Assembly: GCA_964016885.1 (NCBI GenBank)
Contig: OZ024757.1
Location: 2,046,001-2,110,000 of the forward strand
DNA from: Eledone cirrhosa
Taxonomy: Eukaryota
Length of the DNA: 64,000 bases
Reading direction: 5' to 3'
Under the pieces are notes generated by a model. That model saw only the letters and a program-made list of their open reading frames with translations, was not told the origin of the DNA and ran no database searches. Of the stretch, positions 53,928 to 64,000 are shown piece after piece (position 1 is the first letter of the stretch; the number at the start of each line of letters is the position of its first letter). The position numbers and the translations under genes were made by a program.

Positions 53928-53958
<31 letters not shown>

Positions 53959-54461
53959 GCTCTTAAATATGTTGTTAGTAGAGCTTATGTAGTTGAAAGA
54001 TATTGGCTGCTATTTCTAGCTAACAATATATATTTCATGTCACTGAGACAACAATTGTAGTGATTTAGAGGTATAGTTGATCACATAGTTGATCTATTGA
54101 TTGGCTATTGAACTGCCATTTAATTGGTGAAACATATTCTTAACCCTTCAACATTTACATTACTCTATATATACTATTATATTTTCACAGTAAAGGCTTT
54201 ACCCCACATAACATTTCTCTATATATATACTACTGTATTTTCACAATAAAGGCTTTACCTCACATAACATTTACATTACTCTATATATACTATTGTATTT
54301 TCACAGTAAAGGCTTTAGCCCACATAACATTTACATTACTCTATATATATACTATTATATTTTCACAGTAAAGGCTTTACCTCATAACATTTACATTACT
54401 CTATATATATACTATTGTATTTTCACAGTAAAGGCTTTAGCCCACATAACATTTACATTAC

Positions 54462-56128
54462 TCATCATCATCATCATCACCGTTTTACGTCCGTTCTTCC
54501 ACGCTAGCATGGGTTAGACGGGTTGTCCTGTTGTGGGGGGCAGTGTCTGGTCGGCTGACCATGCCTTGCTCATACAGGAACTGATCTGGCTTGATTTCTA
54601 CAGCTGGATGCCCTTCCTAACACCAACCTCATTTACAGTGAGTGCTGGGTGCTTTTTCGTGGCGCCTACACGTCCACTTTACAGTGTGGGCTGGGTGCTT
54701 TTTTGCCGTGGCACCTCCACGACCACCTTGCGGTGGGGGGTGGGGGGGGGGGGGGCATATTGTTTATATGCTTCAGCATGTACCCATGGGAGGTCGGGTA
54801 CCCTGTATTACTGCGTGACGCCAGAAGTCACGGTCGTGTGTCATTGACTTTGAGAGGTGTAGTTGGGTAAGGTCGGCTTTTATCACCTCATCCCAAGTCA
54901 TCTTGGGTCTCCCCACTCCGCGGTTTCCATCAACTTCTAGTGCTCTGCACCTTTTTATGCAGCTGTCATCCTTCATACGCATCACATGTCCATACCAGCG
55001 TAACCGCCTCTCCTGCACGCAGCATTTGATTCCTCTTATGCTCAGTCTCTCTCTCAATTCATTTATGCTTTGTCGTTCACGTATATTACTGTTACACATC
55101 CATCGGAGCATGCAGGCTTCGTTTCTCTCTAATCTACGTAAGTCTTCCACCTTCAGCGCTCAGGTCTCACTACCATGCAACATCGCTGTTCGGATACACG
55201 CATCATACAGTCTGCCTTTCATTCTGAGGGAGAAGCCTTTTGCAGCTAGCAGTGGTAGTAGTTCCCTAAACTTCTTCCATCCCGTTCTTACCCTAGTTAT
55301 TGTACTTTCTGAGCACCCACCTCCGTTGCTAATTCGGTCACCTAGGTAGCAGAAGCTGTCTACTGTTTCTACAGGGCCCTCCCAGAGATTGGTGGTACTT
55401 GTTTCCTGTGGCTGTTTGCTTGCTGTTTCAGCACAGCTGCTGCATGTGAATCCTACATTCTTAATTAAGCTTCCTGAGATCCCGCTACATCTCTTGTGTA
55501 CCCATTGTTTGCATTTGGGGCAAAGAATGGAGTTCCTACCTACACCTTTCCTACATACTGAGCAAGGCCATTTCCCTGAGGGGATCTGGGTTCTGTTTTC
55601 TCGTCTACTTATAAGGACCTTAGTCTTTGTCATGTTGACTTTGAGGCCCTTTCTCTCTAGTCCCTGCTTCCAGGTTTGGAATTTATTCTCTAGTTCTACC
55701 ATAGATTCAGCTATGAGTGCGAGGTCATCAGCATACAGGAGTTCCCATGGGCATCCGGTCTTAAACTCCTCCGTTATTGCCTGCAGGACTATGATGAACA
55801 GGAGAGGGCTAAGAACAGAGCCCTGGTGGACCCCAACCTGTACGCTAAATTCCTCGCTATACTCATTGCCAATCCTAACTTTGCTGACTGCTCCCCTATA
55901 CATGGCTTGTACCGCTTTCACAAGCCATTCATCTACTCCTAGTTTTCTAAGAGCCCACCAGATTACTGCACGTGGAACTCTGTCAAAGGCTTTCTCAAGG
56001 TCGACAAATGCCAAGTAGAGTGGCTTACTTTTAGCTAGGTACTTTTCCTGTAATTGCCTCACAAGGAAGAGCGCATCAGTGGTGCCTTTCCCTGGTACAA
56101 ACCCAAATTGCATCTCGTCTATATTCAC
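54462..56128 (-). mobile_element. Young 5'-truncated RTE LINE with PHD-containing RT, nested in a piggyBac-type MITE
   Basis: Reading frame 56128-54773 is continuous except one TGA in place of the usual Trp at ETW; FVDLEKAFDRVP, GVHQGSVLSP, LYADD; (ATG)n tail. Confidence 0.93.
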
Positions 56129-56939
56129 TCTATATATATACTATTGTATTTTCACAAAGGCTTTACCTCACATAATATCTCATAACATTTACATTACTCT
56201 ATATATACTATTGTATTTTCACAGTAAAGGCTTTACCTCACATAATATCAAATTTATGAGATTTTGATATCTATTTATATTTTGAGAACAAAACATTAAC
56301 ATCAGTATGAGTGGCCAGTTACAGCCAGTTTGAACAGAGAGAGGTGAGAGAATTCTGGCTGGTTTAGAGCTTTAATTACAGGTGATATGGTGCTTGTCTT
56401 CTATTTATTGTTAGAAATATATATATATCTTCTTTGCTGAGATATTCCTGAGGGTCGAGGGAGGCAGAGTCCTCAAACACTCATTCCAGCAGGTCCTGTC
56501 AAAAGCAATTATCTCCAACTGATCCGGCTGGATCTCCAAGCGTGATCAGCCAAACTCCTATATGTTACCCAACCATCCTGCTCAATATATATAATTAATT
56601 CTTATTGTTAGTATTATATATATATATATATAATGATCGTTTTTATGCTAGCATGGGTAGGACAGGTCCTTCTCAGCACAGCAGCTCTCCACATCACGAT
56701 CCTTTGTCATCACCTTTGTGAGTCTCAGTGATTTCAGGTCATATCTTTATTTAATATAAAAATAACTTCTACAGGACAAGAACTGTTTCATTCGTATCAA
56801 ATCATCAGGAAGGCCCTGATGATTCCATACAGATGAAACAGTTCTAGTCCTGTAAAGGTCATTTCTATATTAAATAAAAATGTTTACACTCTAGTAATGT
56901 ATTGAGTACCTTTCACTAAGGATATGCATATGTGTGTGT

Positions 56940-57376
56940 ATCATCATCATCATCACCGTTTTACGTCCGTTCTTCCACGCTAGCATGGGTTAGACGGGTT
57001 GTCCTGTTGTGGGCAGTGTCCGGCTGGCTGACCATGTCTTGCTCATACGGGAACTGATTCTGGCTTGATTTCTACAGCTGGATGCCCTTCCTAACACCAA
57101 CCTCATTTACAGGGAGTGCTGGGTGCTTTTTTTCCGTGGCGCCTACACGTCCACTTTACAGTGTGGGCTGGGTGCTTTTTTGTCGTGTCACCTCCACGAC
57201 CACTTTGCAGTGGAATGATAGGGACCCCAGTCCCCATCATCCCATTTCTACAGCTGAGTAAACTGGAGCAATGTGAAATAAAGTGTCTTGCTCAAGGAAA
57301 CAACATCACCTGGTCTGAGAATTGAACTCACAACCTTTCGATTGCAAGCCCAATGCTCTAACCACTAAGCCATGTG

Positions 57377-57380
<4 letters not shown>
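56940..57380 (-). mobile_element. tRNA-derived SINE (family B) with RTE tail
   Basis: Head matches 33400-33574; tail nearly identical to the RTE 3' UTR at 54462-54725. Confidence 0.85.
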
Positions 57381-57417
<37 letters not shown>

Positions 57418-58319
57418 GAGGGAGAGGGAGAAAAGATGAAATTGGAAATAGCACGGAAAATTCCTTCTTTGATTCGGCAAAGTGACAATAGCTTTATTAC
57501 AATTTTATGATGAAACTGAATATTACTTTTTACCTCTGTAAAACAAGTTATGTGTTATTAACTTGTTTGAATATTATTAATACTTAATTATTGGTAAATA
57601 AACACACTAATTAGGACCAGCTGTCAGTAGATCAATAGGTATAAGATCAAACAACATTTACACTTGTGTCAACAAACATCAAATCATTAAGCAAGGTATG
57701 TATGGACACTTAACTCCAGTTGGAGTCATAGTGGGATCATATTCAGAGTCCATCTCCCCCTCTCCAGGTCTGAATACAGCAGATTTTTTCCAGCGAATGA
57801 TAGAGAAAGTGAGAGAAAAGAAGTGAGAAAGAGATGTAGAGGAAGAATCGACTCCAGTACTTAACTGGTACTTTTTTTATTGACACAGTAGTGGCTATGT
57901 GGTTTAGAAGTTTGCTTCTACAGCATGTGGTCCCAGGTTGACCACATCCTTGAGTGAAATGTGGTAGATGTGTCACCATGGATGCCTGTTGTGTGTGTTT
58001 GTCTACATCTAAACTTTCAAAAGGTGGTAAACTGGCAGAGTCATCAGATAGAGTACCTTGCAGTATTAGTTCCAACTCTCCCAGGTCAAATCCCGCAATA
58101 GTCAACTTTGCCCCTTTCATCCATAAAGCAATACTGTTCTCAAAAAAGTAAACAATTTGAAATACCTTGGTTCATTACACCTGATATTAACAGGATAGCA
58201 CAAGCAAGGTCTGCTGTAGTCTCGTTAGATAAGGTGTGGAAAATTATAATTATTATTAAATAACAAAATACACAATAATGAAAAAAGGAAAAAGAAAAAA
58301 AAACTTAAAATGCAGCATA

Positions 58320-58660
58320 GCCGGATCAGTTTAGTTCAGTGTTCTTACAAACTCTTATACACACCAGGTCCGAACACAAAGGAACTAAACTCCCAGTCAC
58401 TCCCCATCTCACATATACACCAGGAACAAAGGAACCAAACTCCCACTTCCACTGCCTCCATCTCTCTCTATAGTGAGCAAAGAGGGGCCCACGCGGCCTC
58501 GGCAGACAGAATAGAGGTGTTTCCCCGAAATCTAACATGACCACATTATTCAAAGCTACAGTGGAACCAATCTTACTGTATTCCTGTGAATAATGGTCAG
58601 TGATATTACTTCTCACTAAAGCTTTAGATGGTTGATACACACGAATGCTAAGAAGGTTAA
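58320..58660 (+). mobile_element. Degenerate RTE-like LINE fragment
   Basis: LFKATVEPILLYSCE*W..LDG*YTRMLR, related to 6545-7125. Confidence 0.6.
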
Positions 58661-58859
58661 TGCTCTTGACTGTATTTTGGTCACTTGTATTGGCGAGCGT
58701 ATTCTTTTGGTTATTACTCAAGATTCATGACCATAGGTAGGTGTTGGCATGAAAACTAAATTAAATATAACGAATTTGGCTTTTACACCTACCTCCCTTC
58801 TGATGACCGAATGCTGAAACTGGTTTTCACAGACTCATTCAAGTGTGTCGTGTGGCCTG

Positions 58860-59190
58860 GATCTCTGGATGGGCACCTACGCAATGACAGTTGGGAGTAA
58901 TCCCAATTTTTAAAAAGGGAAACAAGAGAGATTGTTCTAATTACAGAGGGATCTCCATGTTAAACTTCTCTGGTAAATTCTATGCTAAGTGTCTGGGAAA
59001 GAGATGTAGGGAGATTGTCGAGTCCAAGCTAGCTGATGAAGTGGCGTTTTGTCCCTGGACACAAAACAGCCGACCAGATATTCACACTGCTGCAGGTCTA
59101 CGAGAAATCGTGAGAGTACTGCCAAGAGGTATATCCTTAGGTAGACCTTGAAAAGGAATATGACCAGAGTATCAGAGCTGTGACATGGCT
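58860..59190 (+). mobile_element. RTE LINE RT fragment
   Basis: GVIPIFKKGNKRDCSNYRGISML..VDLEKEYD. Confidence 0.8.
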
Positions 59191-59570
59191 TATGACCAGA
59201 GTATCGGAGCTGTGACATGACTTATGACCAGAGTATCGGAGCTGTGACATGGATTATGACCAGAGTATCGGAGCTGTGACATGGCATATGACCAGAGTAT
59301 CGGAGCTGTGACATGGCATATGACCAGAGTATCGGAGCTGTGACATGGCATATGACCAGAGTATCAGAGCTGTGATATGGCATATGACCAGAGTATCGGA
59401 GCTGTGATATGGCATATGACCAGAGTATCGGAGCTGTGACATGGCATATGACCAGAGTATCGGAGCTGTGACATGGCATATGACCAGAGTATCGGAGCTG
59501 CGACATGGCATATGACCAGAGTATCGGAGCTGTGATATGGCATATGACCAGAGTATCGGAGCTGTGATAT
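59159..59570. repeat. 32-bp minisatellite, about 13 copies
   Basis: TATGACCAGAGTATCGGAGCTGTGACATGGCA. Confidence 0.95.
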
Positions 59571-60742
59571 AACATGTTAAATTCCATGTGAAGTCATCAA
59601 CCATCATTAAATGTTTCATTAGCAACTTCTAATGAAAGTAATATAACTCATTAAACTGGAGCTTGGAACATAACTTAACAAAGGCTTACATATATTTATA
59701 ATGGAGAGTTTTTTAGATAAATATAAACATTTTAAAATAAGCTTGGGATCATAGAACAAGAGGTAGTTTGTTATCAAAAGAGTTAAAGCATCTCCAATAG
59801 TAGTAATTTCTACTATAGGTACAAGGCCAACCATTTTGTGGGAGGGGCAAGTGGATTAAATCGACCCAATACGTTACTGGTACTTTATTTTATTGACCCC
59901 GGCAGCATGAAAGGCAAAGCTCACCTTGGCAGGATTTGAACAAATAATAATAATGTCCGAAGGCCAACTATTTTGGGGGTGGAGGGGGAACAGTTTGATA
60001 TACCTGGGATTTGAACTCAGATTATAGGGGAGGAATAAATATGGATTTGAAGTAGATATGGCCTGGGCAAAGTGTTATTTAACTGTGTTGGCATATACAC
60101 AATATATATACACTACTAATATATACATTTATATATTATAAAGAGTAAGGACCTGACGGCTGAGCTGTTGCCGTTTCAACAGTATGGTTATATTATAACC
60201 ATACTCTACTACTCCAAGTATTGAGTACACTGTTGAGTAATGGTTTAATGTTTCAAACTGAATCCAACCTGATTTATGTGTATATATATATATACACATA
60301 CAACTAATATATACATACACACACACAATATATAGACACTAATAATATATACATTTATATATAGACACACATTATATACCAGTGTGCCAAGAGTCGGAAG
60401 CTGTTTAAAATTTAACTTTTAATTAACTTTAATTATTCTTATAATAATTAAGAGAGGCTGGAGATGATGTTTGGAGCAAACAGTATATTTTACATCCGTC
60501 AAATATTGTGTGTGTGGAGACAATACATGCTAGAAATAGCAGCCACTTTGCCATCCTATTGTCTGGAATAACAGTAGCTATATATATAGCTAGTTATTCC
60601 AGACAATAGGATGTCAGATGTATATATATAAATTATATATACATGTGTGTGTATATATATACATATAGGATGATGAGTGCGATTTGACATATCAGACGTG
60701 ATGGTCACATCTGGCACACAGACATTCTATTGTCTTGAATAA

Positions 60743-60852
60743 TTGTTTCTACTTTAGGCACAAGGCCAGCAATTACCCAGTGCATTACTGGTACTTTATT
60801 TTATCGACCCCGTGAGGATGAAAGGCAAAGTTAACCTCGGCGGGATTTGAAT
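60743..60852 (-). mobile_element. Family A SINE, 3' part
   Basis: Matches 12859-12970; another fragment at 59805-59940. Confidence 0.75.
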
Positions 60853-60894
60853 TCTCTTGAATAATAGTAGCTATATATATTTTTATGGGAGACC

Positions 60895-60926
<32 letters not shown>

Positions 60927-61420
60927 CTAGTTATTTAACACAATACGATGTCATATATATATATACACATATGTGGGATGATGAGAGTGGTTTGAGTCGG
61001 ACATGTGTGTAGTTGATATGAGAGGTGATGGTCACGGCTGGGACACGATCATATCACTGATAAACAATAAACCAGAGACAATATAAAGGTAGGGGAAGAG
61101 GGACTTATTGCTCCTTAATTAGTTAAGTTAACATTAATTATGTTTAATCAACGAAGTATTTCAGGGGTTTAGCTTTAAAGAATATATTTTCTTTTCTTTT
61201 GCGTCGAATGAATCCAATTCGGGAGTTTTTATTGTTTGAGAGAGGAAAAAAACATGTGGAGAGGATATAATGACGAAGATGTGTGAAATGTGGGCAATGA
61301 AGAGGGAAATAACGATGTTAGATGTAATTAGATGAAAGATGATGAGTTTAAGAGAGGAAATAATAAAGAAATGTCGAGTTTCTGTGGAGAGAAAATATAA
61401 AAATGTTTGGTGTAACTTAC

Positions 61421-61500
61421 GTGAAATGGAGAGAAATTTGTGTCTGTTGAAACAGGAAGAAGGTAAGTACAATATGGCGGCATTGTGAGACGGAAGTGGG
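61421..61500 (-). other. PRPF38B: Putative non-coding first exon of PRPF38B
   Basis: Minus strand CACTTCCG (ETS), GCCGCCATATT (YY1-like), ending CAC|gtaagt; the acceptor at 48092 needs an upstream exon. Confidence 0.5.
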
Positions 61501-61885
61501 AGGAGAAGGAGACTGTAGAGCGAGGGGGAAGAGTACGGCAGACTAATGATGTAGATGTGGAGGAAGGAGGAGGAGACTGTACTACAGTAGAGGAATGAGG
61601 AGGATGAGGTGGCAGGAGATTAATGATGTAGAGGGAGGGGGAAAGAAAGCCAGAAGATTGTACTAGAGTAAACGGAAGAAGGGGAGGAGGAGAGGTGTGA
61701 GACTGTAATGAAGTGGACGAAGGTGAGAGAGTGATATTATAAGATGTGAAGATGAGGAGTAGTAAGAGGTGGAGGAGGAGAGGGGAGAAAATGATATTGT
61801 AATATGGGAGAATGGGGAGGAGTGGTAGGAGAAGAAGACTGTAATAAAGGAGGAGGAGGTGTAGGAGAGTCACTTCCGGTTGTTG
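61471..61885. promoter_or_regulatory. Putative, possibly bidirectional, housekeeping promoter
   Basis: YY1-like AATATGGCGGC (61471), oppositely oriented ETS motifs CGGAAGTG (61491) and CACTTCCGG (61871), purine-rich spacer free of recognisable TEs. Confidence 0.45.
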
Positions 61886-63422
61886 TTGTTTAACCGGTGT
61901 AAGAGTTTATTGGTTGAGAGGTTTACTGGGTTCATGTAAAGAAACTAACATTCTGTTATTCCGGAACAGAATTGTTGCCTTTGTCTCTTTTGTGCGCGCG
62001 TGTATATATTTATTTATTTATGCGTGTGTGTAATATAGTGTGTGTGTATATATATATATATATTTATATTTATACAGTGTGTTCAAAAAAATGTATGCAC
62101 ACTTCAACATAAATATAATCACTGTGTATACACTTTTGGAGATCCCTATATATATACACATACATATTTAAATGAGTTTAAATTTACAGAAAAAGAAGAA
62201 AAAAGCTCTACTTAAAACATGTAATGGAGTTTATTCGAAACTAAGGCTAACTCCTAGGTTTCCAATGTAACTTAGCAACAAAGAGAGTCCTTAGCTCCGA
62301 CTGTCTGGTCAGCTGTAAGGGTCAATTTGAAGGGGTGAGACGGACCCGAAGCCTCACATCACTTTTGGTGGTTTTATTAGCATCAGGCACCAATCTGGGA
62401 CTTTGTCAAACCCGACGAGTTTTAGGCTTAGTTAGAGGCGGCCTTACTCGCCTCGCCATAGCTGCATCACTGGGTTGTGAGAGTTTTCTTGGGAGCTACC
62501 GGTATCACCCATTGCCCCATCTCTCCTCGTAGTTTACCGGGGTTGCTTATTTGTCCGGCAGTTGCCCGCATATATCACAACTAACCATCATATCTGGTGG
62601 CCGTACTGCTATCCACCACCTGCGACCCGTTCTCTAGCAGAACAGCTCTTCCAAGAATCGCTGGACAGATGTTACGGGGCAAAACCAACCGGCAGGAGAC
62701 CCACTAGTAGACAAACCCCGAGCAAGATGGTTGGATAACATCAATGAGCTCGGCTGGTCTCGCTTGGGGATCCAACCGTATCAGTTGGTCCCGCTGAAAG
62801 GAGTGTTTGAGGACTCTGTCTCCCACGAAGAAGAATTTTCTTTTTCGGACTTGCACAGTTGTTGTCACCTAGGTTTTATTATTCACAGTTATATGAATAA
62901 CATTACAAATTGTTTATAATTCTTACAGAATGAAAATATAAACACACAATTATTGGCAGGAACGTCATTTAAACTAACATTGGTGGCTCTCTCTATATAA
63001 TGTTAAAAGAAAGAAAGTTTTAAGTGGGGAGTAAATAGATAGGTACATAGATAAGAGGTCGCACGCACAGCTATATGTGCCTGTCTTATAGTGTGTAGGA
63101 TTAATTACTTTAATCTATCTACAGACCTGTCAACTCTACCCGTCTGACGGAGACATCGCCTACTCTGGGGTGGGTGAGAGATGTCTTCTGTTGTGAAAAT
63201 GGGTATAGGTCTTATTATCTAAAATCTTCCCATTTTGCCTCATTTCTTCCCGTTTTGGGGCACTTTTTTTCCATGGTATTCCTCCGATTGGGTTTTTAGA
63301 GGTTGGCAGGTCTATCTGTTTGGGTACATGTCCGAATTTCAAGACATTTATTGTCTGATTAAATATAAACACATAAATACAATTAATTATTGCTAGGAAC
63401 CTCACAACTATATGAATAAATG

Positions 63423-63961
63423 AAATTATTGTGTACAGTGGTCAGGTGTACTACAACTCATCAAAGGTGCATGTATAGTACATAGAATAATATACAAATG
63501 TCAGGAGAGTGAACAGTATATGAGTCATGATATACATGTGTGCGTGTGTATGGAGGGGGATATCAGGTGTATTGTTGGCGAATTCAGGAAGCATGGAGGT
63601 TTTAAAGGATGCAGTGCCCCTACAACTAACAACTGATGCAGGTAGTTTGTTCCATGTTCAGCAAATCTGAACGTGAAAAAATATTTCTGAAAGCCATGAG
63701 AATTAATAATAATTATTTTTACTTTTGGCACAAGGCCAGCACATATCCAAGCGTATTACTGGTACTTTATTTTATCGACCCCGTAAGGATGAAAGGCAAA
63801 GTTAACCTCGGCGGGATTTGAACTCAGAATAGCAAGGGCCGTAACTCTTCGCTGCAAAGCATGGCGTCCGACCCTCTACCGATACTGCCAAATAATTATT
63901 AACTCCCATGGCTTTCAGAAACATTTTTTCACGTTCAGAGTTGCTGAACATGGAACAAACT
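63423..63961 (-). mobile_element. CR1/L2-like 3' end with family A SINE (about 63716-63891) and an inverted duplicate
   Basis: FQKYFFTFR remnant; 63644-63713 is inverted at 63891-63961. Confidence 0.65.
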
Positions 63962-64000
63962 TATTGGTTTCTTTATTAGCCATACAGGGCTGACATTAAA

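Noticed and set aside
55389-56018. Plus-strand 209-aa ORF
   Set aside because: Antisense of the RTE RT
61328-61873. 181-aa Leu/Pro/Ser-rich ORF
   Set aside because: Low-complexity polypyrimidine translation with no recognisable domain

Overview
Repeat-rich eukaryotic DNA. The SINE/RTE/Penelope content and the very large (TA)n/(CA)n tracts suggest a coleoid cephalopod such as an octopus (inference). One host gene can be reconstructed by eye: a PRPF38B (pre-mRNA splicing factor 38B) orthologue on the minus strand. It has six phase-compatible GT-AG coding exons (48056-47901, 47245-47177, 44264-44113, 42664-42604, 37170-36890, 35049-34119; 1650 nt, 549 aa) and a probable non-coding first exon and promoter near 61.4-61.9 kb. 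The rest is mostly RTE-clade LINE fragments, Penelope-like elements, tRNA-derived SINEs, mariner- and piggyBac-type MITEs, microsatellites and minisatellites, several of them born inside LINEs. Most interesting signals: (i) several unrelated type I hammerhead ribozyme motifs, including an ORF-less fold-back element with a hammerhead in each arm; (ii) a 51-bp intronic array whose unit is antisense to the adjacent PRPF38B branch point and 3' splice site; (iii) competing splice donors in PRPF38B; (iv) a PHD finger inserted within an RTE reverse transcriptase. All calls come from reading the sequence; no searches were run and repeat boundaries are approximate.
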